64,000 nt of DNA, taken from positions 14,998-78,997 of IMG/VR virus record IMGVR_UViG_3300046615_000401; one strand, given 5' to 3'. Numbering within the stretch: position 1 is the first letter of the stretch; each line of letters begins with the position of its first letter. The DNA is from a virus (lineage: Duplodnaviria > Caudoviricetes). The notes beneath the pieces were generated by a model, which worked only from the letters and a program-made list of their open reading frames with translations, searched no databases and was not told the origin of the DNA. The position numbers were made by a program, and so were the translations under genes. This document shows positions 24,088 through 33,397 of the stretch, in pieces.

Positions 24088-25383
24088 ATGTCTTGTAACG
24101 ACGGTACATGCGGCACGGGTGGCTGGGGTGGCCCACTGCCAGGGGATCCCAGCAGCAACAGCATCCTGACGGCGACACCAGCGTTTGGCGGGATCGACAT
24201 CAACTACACGCTGCCAACGGTCAATCCCTTTGCGGTGGCGTTCGCCATTTTGTACCGCGGCATTATCCCGGATTTTGCCGGCGCCATCGTGCATCGGGAT
24301 GGGATGAACGGTGGCTTCTACTTCGACAAGGTGGATCCACCGACCGAGTATTTCTACTGGATTCAGTTCGTCTCCGTGAATGGTACCCATGGCGACATCA
24401 TCGGTCCGGTGAGTGCCATCGCCCGGTTGAAGATCGAGGAAACCATCGAGGTGCTGACCGGGCAGATTGACGATGGTTTACTGGCCCAGTCCTTGAAGAC
24501 GGACATTGCCCAGATCCCGCTGATCGACAACAAGATCTTCCTGGAGATCGCCAATCGGCTTATTGCCAATGCCACCCTGTCGGCTGCCATTGCGCAAGTG
24601 CAGGACAATGCGGACGCCTCACTGGCGTTTGTGCAGGAGGAGATCACCCAGCGGCAGGATGCCGATGCCGCCCTGGTGACGTCGATCAATTTGCTGTACA
24701 CCCAGGCTGCAGGCAATGCTGCAGCGATCCTGGAAGAGAAGACCATCCGTGCCAGCAAGGATGACGCCATGGCAGCGGATATTGAGACGCTGACGGCAGC
24801 CATCGGTGATGGTGGCGGTGCGGCACTGGAGGAGGAAAAGACGGTACGCGCCAATGCAGACAGTGCCCTGGCCGCGGCCATCACCACGGCCCAGACCACG
24901 CTTAATGGCAACATCGCTTCAGCGCAGACGACCCTGCAAACCAACATCAACATCCAGGCCGGCAGGATCACCTCTATCGGTGCTCTGTATACAGCCAAGG
25001 TGACGGTGAATGGCTTGATCGGTGGCTTCGGTGTCTACAATGATGGCACCACAGTGGAGGCTGGCTTTGATGTAGATACCTTCTGGGTGGGACGTACGGC
25101 TGCCAACAAGCGCAAGCCCTTCATCATCGTGGGCTCGGAAACCTTCATCGATGAGGCGGTGATCAACAAGCTGACCTTCGACAAGCTGCGCGCCGCTGAT
25201 GGGTCCCTGATTGTGTCAGGGGGCAAGGTGCAAGCACAGTACTTGGAAGTAGGTAGCTTGACGGCACAGCACATTAACGTCGCTTCAGGTGGTGGAGGTA
25301 CCAATCGTATGTACATGAACGATGGTCTTATCCAGGTCTATGACTCTAACAATGTGCTGCGTGTTCGTATAGGAGTGTGGTGA
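24088..25383 (+). CDS. Tail-tip/fiber protein with coiled coil and DUF1983-like C-terminal domain
   Basis: Heptad-rich middle; YTAKVTVNGLIGGFG...FDVDTFWV...KPFII...TFIDEA tip-protein motif. Confidence 0.8.
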   Translation: MSCNDGTCGTGGWGGPLPGDPSSNSILTATPAFGGIDINYTLPTVNPFAVAFAILYRGIIPDFAGAIVHRDGMNGGFYFDKVDPPTEYFYWIQFVSVNGTHGDIIGPVSAIARLKIEETIEVLTGQIDDGLLAQSLKTDIAQIPLIDNKIFLEIANRLIANATLSAAIAQVQDNADASLAFVQEEITQRQDADAALVTSINLLYTQAAGNAAAILEEKTIRASKDDAMAADIETLTAAIGDGGGAALEEEKTVRANADSALAAAITTAQTTLNGNIASAQTTLQTNINIQAGRITSIGALYTAKVTVNGLIGGFGVYNDGTTVEAGFDVDTFWVGRTAANKRKPFIIVGSETFIDEAVINKLTFDKLRAADGSLIVSGGKVQAQYLEVGSLTAQHINVASGGGGTNRMYMNDGLIQVYDSNNVLRVRIGVW

Positions 25384-25682
25384 TGTCAGCAGGCTTACAA
25401 GTATTCAATGGAGATGGTTCACTGTTGTTGGACACGTCTCACTACATCGGGCGTCTGCTGGGCGTGATTGACTGTAACTCTGCGTCAGGCTCAGCATATG
25501 TGACGGGACTTGATCAGGGTATTCCCTTTGCCGTTCCGATGATCCAGATGACCACGGCCTATAACTACGGCACGAACAGCTACCCCGACTGCAGCTTCAG
25601 TGGCAACACAGTGTTCTGGACTCGACAGACTGCTGCCGCATTAAGTCTGCCACCTTGCAAACTCATACTGGGAGTACGCTAA
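25383..25682 (+). CDS. Small tail-tip accessory protein
   Basis: MSAGLQVFNGDGSLLLDTS, typical of genes following J-like tip proteins; TGATG coupling. Confidence 0.75.
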   Translation: MSAGLQVFNGDGSLLLDTSHYIGRLLGVIDCNSASGSAYVTGLDQGIPFAVPMIQMTTAYNYGTNSYPDCSFSGNTVFWTRQTAAALSLPPCKLILGVR

Positions 25683-26353
25683 TGCCTACTGGTTTCCAGG
25701 CCATCAATGACAACGGTACTTTCCAGATTGATGGCGAGTACCCGCAGTTCGTTCTGCGGCATAAATATGACGTTCATACAACCAATGAGCGTACTGGCGA
25801 TAACAGTGGTTCTGACACCTATTTCTATGGCTTTGTGACGGTGTATGACGATGAAATACTCGCCATACGTTCTAGTGGTTTCGCTGCTGTGGTATCCAAA
25901 CAGGGTAACACCACAATGATCATGGCAAGGTCTCCCAATGCCTTGGTGGAATGCTATGTTTTTGGTCAAGTGTTCGATGTGGGCTCTCATTTTGGTATGC
26001 AGGTGTTTAACTCGACCGGTACGCTGGTATTCGACTCTGCACAGAAGATTCTGGCCATGGTGGGCTTTGTAACAGGGGAAGGCTGGAATTACTACCAACC
26101 AGGGCGTAAATACGCAGCAATCTGCTGTAATCAATCCTTGGTGATCACAGAGGACTACTATAGTGCTGGTGGCTTCGACTACAGGACTTCCTACGCTAGT
26201 CGTGGGGGTATATTTGCTGTGGATGGTGCTCTAGGTATCTTCCACCAGCAATATTGGAAGTTCACTGAGGATCTCTCCAGTGGTTACAACGTCCAAGCTA
26301 TCGTATCCACCGTACCTAACCGCCACATCGTCATTGATGTGACCAACTACTGA
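25682..26353 (+). CDS. Tail-tip accessory protein
   Basis: MPTGFQAINDNG.FQID and internal GMQVFNSTGTLVFDS repeat; TAATG coupling. Confidence 0.75.
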   Translation: MPTGFQAINDNGTFQIDGEYPQFVLRHKYDVHTTNERTGDNSGSDTYFYGFVTVYDDEILAIRSSGFAAVVSKQGNTTMIMARSPNALVECYVFGQVFDVGSHFGMQVFNSTGTLVFDSAQKILAMVGFVTGEGWNYYQPGRKYAAICCNQSLVITEDYYSAGGFDYRTSYASRGGIFAVDGALGIFHQQYWKFTEDLSSGYNVQAIVSTVPNRHIVIDVTNY

Positions 26354-26450
26354 GTTCAACACGTCTTTCCGTTGCACAAGCTTGTATTCCATGTGACAAT
26401 GTGCCCGGTAGCAACAGTTACCACCACACAACCACCACACAGGGATACAT

Positions 26451-26834
26451 ATGGCCAAGTTTGCACACAATGACGTCCTGGACCAAGGTCCAAATCTGAT
26501 CAAAACCGCTTGCACCAAGATGATCCTGGTGTCGGCCTACACGGCTGGCGATTCCTACGCCACCATCCAGACCAACAAGCTAGCGGAAGTCACCATGGCA
26601 GCCGGTGACTTCACGCTGTCCTCGTCCGGCAGTAACCGTCTGCTGACGGTGGGTTCCGGCAAGACTGCTGCAGCGTCTGCCAGTGCAGCCGGTACCCCGG
26701 ATCTGCACATCGCCTTCACGGATGGCTCGGCCAAGGTGCTGTGGGTGACCGATGAAACCACCAACCAGGCGGTGGTGGCGACGAACACCATCAACTTCCC
26801 AGCGCCGGTGTACACCTCCAATCAGCCGACCTAA
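26451..26834 (+). CDS. Beta-rich virion structural protein
   Basis: MAKFAHNDVLDQG...GDFT...HIA...LWVTD pattern seen in phage tail modules. Confidence 0.7.
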   Translation: MAKFAHNDVLDQGPNLIKTACTKMILVSAYTAGDSYATIQTNKLAEVTMAAGDFTLSSSGSNRLLTVGSGKTAAASASAAGTPDLHIAFTDGSAKVLWVTDETTNQAVVATNTINFPAPVYTSNQPT

Positions 26835-26837
26835 ACC

Positions 26838-27959
26838 ATGCCAGTCGCCGACAATTACGCCGGTGCGGCCGGCGCAGCAATTTACTGCGGTATGGACGCG
26901 CCGACTGTGCCTGTGGTGTCACCGGCATGGTTGGCGAGTAAGGCACCGCTTGAATGGTTCCCCATAGCCAATACCGCTGGCTATGGTGGCGCCGCCATCA
27001 ATCCTTGGGGTGGTTGGGTCGAAGTACCGGATGGCGAGCTGCTGATTCCTGCTTCCGGGGGTCACAACGACAGTTACGACAACCGGGTTGTCAGCATTGA
27101 TCTGCATGCTGATGTACCAACCTGGACGGTACGTGTACCAGCATCCGCATTTAATGACTGTGTGCGGAATTTACCTTATTGCCTGGATGGTAAACCAGCC
27201 TCCCGCCACAACTACGCCCAAGCTCACTGGTCAACGGTGCGTAATAGGGTCATGTTGCTGGGGTGCGCAGGTGCCTGGGGGGATGGTTACAGTCTGACTA
27301 CTGTGGACGGTTTTGATCCTGTTACCAACACCTGGGATCCCCCAGGTACCTATCCAGATATCGTACCTGGCTACTATGGTGTGGCCATGGATGCTGATGG
27401 CAATGCCTGGTCATTCAGTACGCCTTCTAACGGTACCCGAAAATTCAATATAACCACGAATACGTGGTCGAATCCGGGTACGGTTACACCAACAGGGTGG
27501 GTGCGAGATCCCTGGGTACTGAATCCTTCGGATGACACGTTGTTCGGTCTGTGCTGGATGGATAACCGATCGCAAACTTCTGCACCTACGGCGGTTAATG
27601 CCATCCGCTTCAATGTGGCCACCAATACCATGACGCAGATCACGTTTAATGCATCAGCAGCGCTGTCACGCTTCATTTCTGATGCAACTGATGGTGGCAC
27701 CATGACCTATGACTCGATTAATAATCGATTCCTCTGGTACTCAGGTAAGCCACCAAGTGCTGGTGTGGTATTCGTTATTACCCCGAACAGTGGCAATGTT
27801 TGGGATATGTCCCTGCTCACTTTCGGTGCCGGCTCAACACCACCTGGTAATTCAGTTAATGCGGGTATTAACTGCCGCTTTACGTTTATTCCGTCGCTGG
27901 GTGCAGTAGTTTGTGCACCTGGATCCGCAAGCAATATGTACGCATTCAAGGTGGCCTAA
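26838..27959 (+). CDS. Kelch-like beta-propeller protein (putative receptor binding)
   Basis: GGHNDSYDN, DGKPASRHNY, FDPVTNTW, FNITTNTW, FNVATNTM blade motifs. Confidence 0.75.
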   Translation: MPVADNYAGAAGAAIYCGMDAPTVPVVSPAWLASKAPLEWFPIANTAGYGGAAINPWGGWVEVPDGELLIPASGGHNDSYDNRVVSIDLHADVPTWTVRVPASAFNDCVRNLPYCLDGKPASRHNYAQAHWSTVRNRVMLLGCAGAWGDGYSLTTVDGFDPVTNTWDPPGTYPDIVPGYYGVAMDADGNAWSFSTPSNGTRKFNITTNTWSNPGTVTPTGWVRDPWVLNPSDDTLFGLCWMDNRSQTSAPTAVNAIRFNVATNTMTQITFNASAALSRFISDATDGGTMTYDSINNRFLWYSGKPPSAGVVFVITPNSGNVWDMSLLTFGAGSTPPGNSVNAGINCRFTFIPSLGAVVCAPGSASNMYAFKVA

Positions 27960-29051
27960 ATGTCTGCACTACACTTAGATGGTACCGGCTACCTAGAGTA
28001 CCCGGCAAAAATTGTTTCAGCTTTCCCGTATAGTATGTCCATCTGGGTGTCTCGTGATGCCGCTACAGGTGCTGGGCAATGGGTCATGGGGCAGATGCAA
28101 AGCAATGGAGATCGACATGCTTCTGCATGGCTGGATCCAAATGGCTCCACCAAATATGCATCGATCAGGAACCCTGGCGCGCAACACAATGCAACAGATG
28201 TCCCTGCCACTATCACTAGCAATCTTCAATTGATGGTGGTGGTGTTTGAGAGTACCTCTTTACGTCATATTTACTTTGCAGGTAATACGTCGGACGGTAC
28301 CACCACCTGTGTTGATGACACTTCGCTGCATGACCGTTTTGTTGTGGGCGCATGGCATTACAACAGCCTGGCACCACAGTTCTTCCTGAACGGTAAAGTG
28401 GCAGAACCGCACCTGTATAACGGTATACTGTCGCCCACGCAGATCGCTGCACTACTCAACGATACTGTCAAGCCAGAAGACACAGTCGGCTGGGTGGACG
28501 GCTGGACCCTGAAGAACTTCGATTCGGGTGGTACCTACACGTCTATCAGTGGTACCCGCACGCTGACGGCAGTGGGTGGTGTCACGGCAGCAGGTGTCGC
28601 TCACCCGATTACCCGTGCGGCGCCATCGCAGACGCTGACCGCGGCCAACTGCACGCAAGCCAATACCAGCAGCACCGGTGCCATAAGCCAGACCACACCA
28701 CCTCCAGGGGTCAACTTGGTATCGGCTACCTGCACCCAGGTGAACAACTCCAGCAGCGTGGCCATCAGCCAATCAGGTGGCACCACGGGTACCATCACGC
28801 ACCGACCCCTGGGCCGCAATGGGCACAACAGCTTGTCACCCCAGCTGTGGACCAATGAAACGGGACTGACCATCCACTACCGTTCCATGACCACTGGTTT
28901 GACGGTACTCAGCAAGACTGGCTGGACCACGAATAGTGCGGGTGTCCCTCCTGCGGTAACGGATTCTCTGCTGGTGCCGGGTACCAGCTACGAGATCATG
29001 TTCATCCTGGCAAATGGTGTGCGTGGCTTTGACGTCTTGGCGGCTGTATGA
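27960..29051 (+). CDS. LamG/ConA-like lectin domain tail protein with two Cys repeats
   Basis: LHLDGTGYL, SMSIWV, FLNGKVAE..LYNGILS..QIAAL jelly-roll motifs. Confidence 0.75.
   Translation: MSALHLDGTGYLEYPAKIVSAFPYSMSIWVSRDAATGAGQWVMGQMQSNGDRHASAWLDPNGSTKYASIRNPGAQHNATDVPATITSNLQLMVVVFESTSLRHIYFAGNTSDGTTTCVDDTSLHDRFVVGAWHYNSLAPQFFLNGKVAEPHLYNGILSPTQIAALLNDTVKPEDTVGWVDGWTLKNFDSGGTYTSISGTRTLTAVGGVTAAGVAHPITRAAPSQTLTAANCTQANTSSTGAISQTTPPPGVNLVSATCTQVNNSSSVAISQSGGTTGTITHRPLGRNGHNSLSPQLWTNETGLTIHYRSMTTGLTVLSKTGWTTNSAGVPPAVTDSLLVPGTSYEIMFILANGVRGFDVLAAV
28632..28769 (+). repeat. Two copies of a 19-aa [TN]LxxAxCxQxxxSSxxAI repeat
   Basis: TLTAANCTQANTSSTGAIS at 28632; NLVSATCTQVNNSSSVAIS at 28713. 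Confidence 0.85.
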
Positions 29052-32047
29052 GTATCGCCACCTTCACCCTGAAGTCGGCTACCACCAATGCTGCGGCAGA
29101 ATTCAGCATCGGCCATGCCTTTAGAAAAGGCGATGTCCCTGCGGGTTCGCAGCTGGTGAGCGGACTGACGGACATGCAGGTGGTGACTAAAAATAGCTGG
29201 CCAGATGGCTCGCTGAAGTTCGCCACGATCTCCGGTCTTGCACCGCTGGTGGCCAACACCCCGCTGTCAGTGGTGCTGTCGATCGGTACGCCGGCAGGTG
29301 GCACTGCCTTGACCACGACAGACCTGAAGGCTACTGGTATCACAGCCACTATCTCTACGGATGCAATCGGTGGTGGTGCAGCTTTTGGCTTTGCATCATG
29401 GGCTACCACCGATTGGGATACACCACATCAGACCTGGATCAGCGGCCCGAAGATGAGCAGCTGGATCTACCGCAAGCAAATCGGTACTGATGCGCACCTG
29501 GTGGCTTGGCTGGAAGTACGCCTGTGGGCCAATGGTGAAGTTGAGGTACTGCCGTGGGTTGAAAATGGTTATTTCCGTGTGGCTGCACCCACCAACAAGA
29601 ATGCTGTGTACGGCTTCTATTTGGGCGGCCTGCATCTGCTTGGAGTGACTGTCGATCTGAAGCACCACCAGCGCACGGTGCTGATTAATGGCAGCATGCT
29701 GTCCTACTGGCTTGGGGTGGATCCGGGTGTAACGCCACTAGTCGATCCTGTGTACATGATGGCCACCGAACTGGTGCCCACCTATTCAGCAGTATTGGCA
29801 GCCGGGGCTGTGCGTGTCGGTGCGCAGGTCACGTCCTATGCACCATTGCAGCAAGGTAATTTCGATTACTCCGGTGACTCGATGCCGCAGTCTGGCTATC
29901 AGCGGCCGATTGGCCTGCTGCCTGAACACGATGTGTTGTACCTGGTGGCCAATGCGGCTGATCGTCCTGCCATGTACGCCTCGGTGGTACGTAATGGCTA
30001 CTCGGCTGGTCGTTATAGCATCCACTTCCGGGATGAAGCCACCCAGCGACCACCAGCGTTTTCCACTTACACCACATTGGTTTTAAATGGTGGTGTGGAC
30101 TCCGGCATCAAGGATACGGGAGGTTCCACTACCAGTACGTACTCGCCGCTCCCTACCGGTGGCAATGGTCCAACCTGGGATGCGTCGCATTCACCTAGTG
30201 TAGGCTACATGGCTTACCTGTTGACGGGCCGCTTCTACTTCAAGGAAGAAGTACAGTTCGCCACCACGGTCAATCACTTTCATATCACCGATTGGGTGCG
30301 GGGTGGTGGTACAGGACAAACAGGTTATACCCCTCGCCCCGGTTTTACCGGCGCATCGGGTATCTGTAACTCAGTGGTGCAAACCCGGCAAGGCGCCTGG
30401 CGCTTCCGTACGCTGGCACAAGCATTGGTCATCACACCGGACAGCGGGGATCCCCTGCGGGCTGAGCTGATCGCCAGTGTCGAAGCCAACTGTGAGTACT
30501 TCCACCAGATTTACGTGGCACAGGCAAACAATCCCTTCGGCATTATTGAGTCCTCCGAGCTGTACACGGATATCGCCACCGATCGTTTGATGGTGCCGAT
30601 CTGGCAGCACGATTTTGGTACGGCTGCTTGGGGCATGGCATTGGCATTTGATCTGCCAGTATCGTCTACCTACAAAACCAAGATGATTGCCTTCTTCGCC
30701 TGGAAGGCCAAGTCGGTCATCCATCGTCTAGGCACCTCGGCGGGTTTCCGCTTTGAGCGGGCCGGTGTGTATGAGTACGCAGCATCACCCAACACCTCGG
30801 CCAACTTCCAATTGGGTACCGGCCCCTGGTTCGCGGATGATGCGGCGGCGTATGCTGGCACCTCGGTGAATTATCAGAATGTGACACCGGTGGACAATGT
30901 GCTGTATCTGAACAGTAATGACTTTGGTCCACCAGAACGTAGCGTGTGGGGCAATCTGGTACCGGCTATTGCCTACGCTGCCCGGCATGCTGTTATAGGA
31001 GCTGCAGCTGCCTATGCGCGCTTAACGGGCGCATCGAATTACTCGACACTGGTATCGGGTTTTAACACCACACCGGTCTGGTCTGTCGCACCAGCCGCAC
31101 TTTCTGAGGAGGCACCGCTAATGGGCCTGGGTAAAGTTACACGCGCTGACTCCAATGACTTCATCAACGGCATCGTGGTATGCGGTTTTGGTGGGGATGA
31201 CTTCGGCATCCTGGCTTCGGAGATTCCAACCGGTTTCGCTAATGCCTCCATGCTACTGAACGATGTGGACGGCGCGGATCCAGCGAACACCGTCTACCGT
31301 CTGCGGGCATTGAGTGGTCCCAATTTTGGTAAGCTGGTCATCAATCCGGATGGCACGCAGCAGTACACACCCACCGCTGGCTTTGTCGGTGTATCCACCG
31401 GTACCACTGAGGTGTGGAAGAACAATGAGCTGGCGTACATTACTGACTACAGCTACACCAGTGGTTCGCCAGCGGGTGTGGTCAACCTGATTGCGGCGAA
31501 CTGTACACAAGCACATACGTCATCGTCTGGTGCCATCATTATCGGCACCATCCCCACGATTACCCTGGTCGCAGCCAACTGTGCACAAGCCAATAATTCC
31601 AGCAGTGGTGCCATCAGCATTGTGGAAATCCCGGTCATCAATCTGGCAGCGGCAAACTGCACGCAGTTCAACCAGTCTTCCTCGGTGGCCTTGATCGATC
31701 CGGATGGCTACATCCATGGTGTGCTGTATCCGGAACCCGCGGTACCAGTGACCTACACCGTGCATGGCGGCCGGCCCTACATCCTGAAACATCCAGGCTC
31801 CGAGATGTACTTCGGCGTGGATCTGGTGAACTGGCTGATTACACGTCAAACCACACTGGTTTCGGTTACAGCGGTAGCCGAGGGGATTACCGTGCTGATA
31901 CCCGCCTTTGTGCAAGGCAACGCGGTACTGGCCAAGTTTGGTGCCATGGACGAGGAAGAAGAAGCTGTTAACAGCTGCACCTTCTACTTCACCTGTGATA
32001 ATGGCGAAGTCGGTGTAGAGGTGATTCACTTTGAAGTGTGGCCGTAA
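29048..32047 (+). CDS. Large tail protein: RIFT-barrel/PL26-lyase-like region + Ig/cadherin-like domain + Cys repeats + fiber-tail adaptor-like domain
   Basis: GHAFRKGDVP...WPDGSLKFA; helical core SH.PS.GY.AYLLTG, RQGAWRFRT; GKLVINPDGTQQYTP..GFVG; C-terminal KHP.SE.YFGVDL.NWL. Confidence 0.7.
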   Translation: MSIATFTLKSATTNAAAEFSIGHAFRKGDVPAGSQLVSGLTDMQVVTKNSWPDGSLKFATISGLAPLVANTPLSVVLSIGTPAGGTALTTTDLKATGITATISTDAIGGGAAFGFASWATTDWDTPHQTWISGPKMSSWIYRKQIGTDAHLVAWLEVRLWANGEVEVLPWVENGYFRVAAPTNKNAVYGFYLGGLHLLGVTVDLKHHQRTVLINGSMLSYWLGVDPGVTPLVDPVYMMATELVPTYSAVLAAGAVRVGAQVTSYAPLQQGNFDYSGDSMPQSGYQRPIGLLPEHDVLYLVANAADRPAMYASVVRNGYSAGRYSIHFRDEATQRPPAFSTYTTLVLNGGVDSGIKDTGGSTTSTYSPLPTGGNGPTWDASHSPSVGYMAYLLTGRFYFKEEVQFATTVNHFHITDWVRGGGTGQTGYTPRPGFTGASGICNSVVQTRQGAWRFRTLAQALVITPDSGDPLRAELIASVEANCEYFHQIYVAQANNPFGIIESSELYTDIATDRLMVPIWQHDFGTAAWGMALAFDLPVSSTYKTKMIAFFAWKAKSVIHRLGTSAGFRFERAGVYEYAASPNTSANFQLGTGPWFADDAAAYAGTSVNYQNVTPVDNVLYLNSNDFGPPERSVWGNLVPAIAYAARHAVIGAAAAYARLTGASNYSTLVSGFNTTPVWSVAPAALSEEAPLMGLGKVTRADSNDFINGIVVCGFGGDDFGILASEIPTGFANASMLLNDVDGADPANTVYRLRALSGPNFGKLVINPDGTQQYTPTAGFVGVSTGTTEVWKNNELAYITDYSYTSGSPAGVVNLIAANCTQAHTSSSGAIIIGTIPTITLVAANCAQANNSSSGAISIVEIPVINLAAANCTQFNQSSSVALIDPDGYIHGVLYPEPAVPVTYTVHGGRPYILKHPGSEMYFGVDLVNWLITRQTTLVSVTAVAEGITVLIPAFVQGNAVLAKFGAMDEEEEAVNSCTFYFTCDNGEVGVEVIHFEVWP
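31484..31696 (+). repeat. Three tandem copies (78-nt period) of the same Cys-containing repeat
   Basis: NLIAANCTQAHTSSSGAII (31484), TLVAANCAQANNSSSGAIS (31562), NLAAANCTQFNQSSSVALI (31640). Confidence 0.9.
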
Positions 32048-32057
32048 TTACCGGCTA

Positions 32058-32087
32058 AGCCAGCACACATAGCAACGTGTGCTGGCT
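32058..32087 (+). terminator. Strong hairpin between the tail genes and the lysis cassette
   Basis: 11-bp stem AGCCAGCACAC/GTGTGCTGGCT; no clear U-tract. Confidence 0.5.
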
Positions 32088-32187
32088 ATACGCTAAATTA
32101 TTTGTGCAACGAGCGATACTTATGAGCAATAATGCTCCAGGACAAGTTAAAATGCCTACACAACCTACTAATAACGAGAACACGCCC

Positions 32188-32442
32188 ATGAGTCAAGAAT
32201 TCAACCAAACAGTGATGAATGAAGTGACCAATCAGGGGGCCAAGATTGGCGTGGTGTGGGTAGCCATTGGCATTACCTCCTGGGCCGAGGCTGCATCCTT
32301 CCTGGCTTTCGTTCTGTCTGCCTTGGCCCTGTGTGAGTACCTGTGGAAGAAGGTAGTGCGCCCCTTGTGCGTGCGGATGAACTGGCTGCAACCCAGCAAG
32401 AAGCGGGTCAAGCTGGTGGAGGTGGATCAGGATGAGCAATAA
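32188..32442 (+). CDS. Holin
   Basis: Small protein with hydrophobic segments and a charged C-tail, overlapping the endolysin start; start uncertain. Confidence 0.7.
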   Translation: MSQEFNQTVMNEVTNQGAKIGVVWVAIGITSWAEAASFLAFVLSALALCEYLWKKVVRPLCVRMNWLQPSKKRVKLVEVDQDEQ

Positions 32443-32941
32443 AGTACGTGCCGGCATTGCCGGCCTTGTCTTATCCGCGGCTGGTTTCATCGGCATCATC
32501 TCCAGCGAGGGCTACACGGATACGGCTGTGATCCCCACCAAGAACGATCGGCCTACCATCGGCCATGGCTCCACGGTGTGGGAGGATGGCAAACCCGTCA
32601 AGATGGGCGACAAGATCACCCCAGTTCGGGCATTGTTCCTGGCACAGGATCACCTGGCCAAGGAAGAGATCATCTTCCGCCAATCCCTGCCGGGTGTGCA
32701 GCTGTACCAGACTGAATACGATGTCTACATCAACTGGACCTATCAATACGGCACAGGTGCCTGGTCCAAGTCGAGCATGCGGAGCAATCTGCTCATCGGG
32801 AACTACAGCGGCGCCTGCAAGGCGCTACTGCTGTACAAGTTCTCCGGTGGGTATGATTGCTCCGTACCAGGGAATAAAGTGTGCTCCGGGGTCTGGACCC
32901 GGCAAATAGCACGCTATAACCAGTGCATGGGGGCGCAATGA
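32432..32941 (+). CDS. SAR endolysin, GH24 lysozyme family
   Basis: Gly/Ala-rich N-terminal anchor after K/R, then EG...PTIGHGST, YDVY..W.YQYG, CSGVWTRQ..RY..C. Confidence 0.9.
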   Translation: MSNKVRAGIAGLVLSAAGFIGIISSEGYTDTAVIPTKNDRPTIGHGSTVWEDGKPVKMGDKITPVRALFLAQDHLAKEEIIFRQSLPGVQLYQTEYDVYINWTYQYGTGAWSKSSMRSNLLIGNYSGACKALLLYKFSGGYDCSVPGNKVCSGVWTRQIARYNQCMGAQ

Positions 32942-33306
32942 GCCCCTATGCTGCCCTGGGTACGGTATTACTGTGGGTGGCTTCGATAGCCGGCTCATAT
33001 CTGTATGGTCAGCACGTAGGTGTCGAGCATGAACAGGTCAAGCAGTCTGAAGTCAAGCAAGCTATCGAAGACACACGGGAACTAGCCCGTCAAGGAGCTG
33101 CAGATGCGATTGCAAAGATTAAAGTTCGGAATACCACCATCCAAGGCAAGGTCACTACCCTGGTCCGTGACAATCCTGTGTACCGTGATTGTGTGCATGA
33201 TGATCGGGGGTTGCAGCTCATTAATGAAGCGCTCACCGGTCAACGAGGTGGGGCCGGACGCGACGGTGGTGGCCGCCTGTCCGGAACTGACGCCCCTGCT
33301 CGATAA
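32938..33306 (+). CDS. Inner-membrane spanin (Rz-like)
   Basis: N-terminal TM segment plus helical periplasmic region; follows the endolysin. Confidence 0.8.
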   Translation: MSPYAALGTVLLWVASIAGSYLYGQHVGVEHEQVKQSEVKQAIEDTRELARQGAADAIAKIKVRNTTIQGKVTTLVRDNPVYRDCVHDDRGLQLINEALTGQRGGAGRDGGGRLSGTDAPAR

Positions 33307-33397
33307 CACCTTCGGTGCCACCACTGCCAAGCTGGTGGAAGTGGGTGGGTTGTACAACGAATGCCGTACTGCAGCATTAGCTAGGAGCAAGCCATGA
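33104..33397 (+). CDS. Outer-membrane spanin lipoprotein (Rz1-like), overlapping; start uncertain (33104 or GTG 33167)
   Basis: Lipobox-like IGG-C at 33212; CPELTPL...YNECR; different frame overlapping the Rz-like gene. Confidence 0.75.
   Translation: MRLQRLKFGIPPSKARSLPWSVTILCTVIVCMMIGGCSSLMKRSPVNEVGPDATVVAACPELTPLLDNTFGATTAKLVEVGGLYNECRTAALARSKP

Noticed and set aside
26416-26442. ACCACCACACA tandem repeat
   Set aside because: Two copies of a short low-complexity unit in an untranslated spacer; no supporting context
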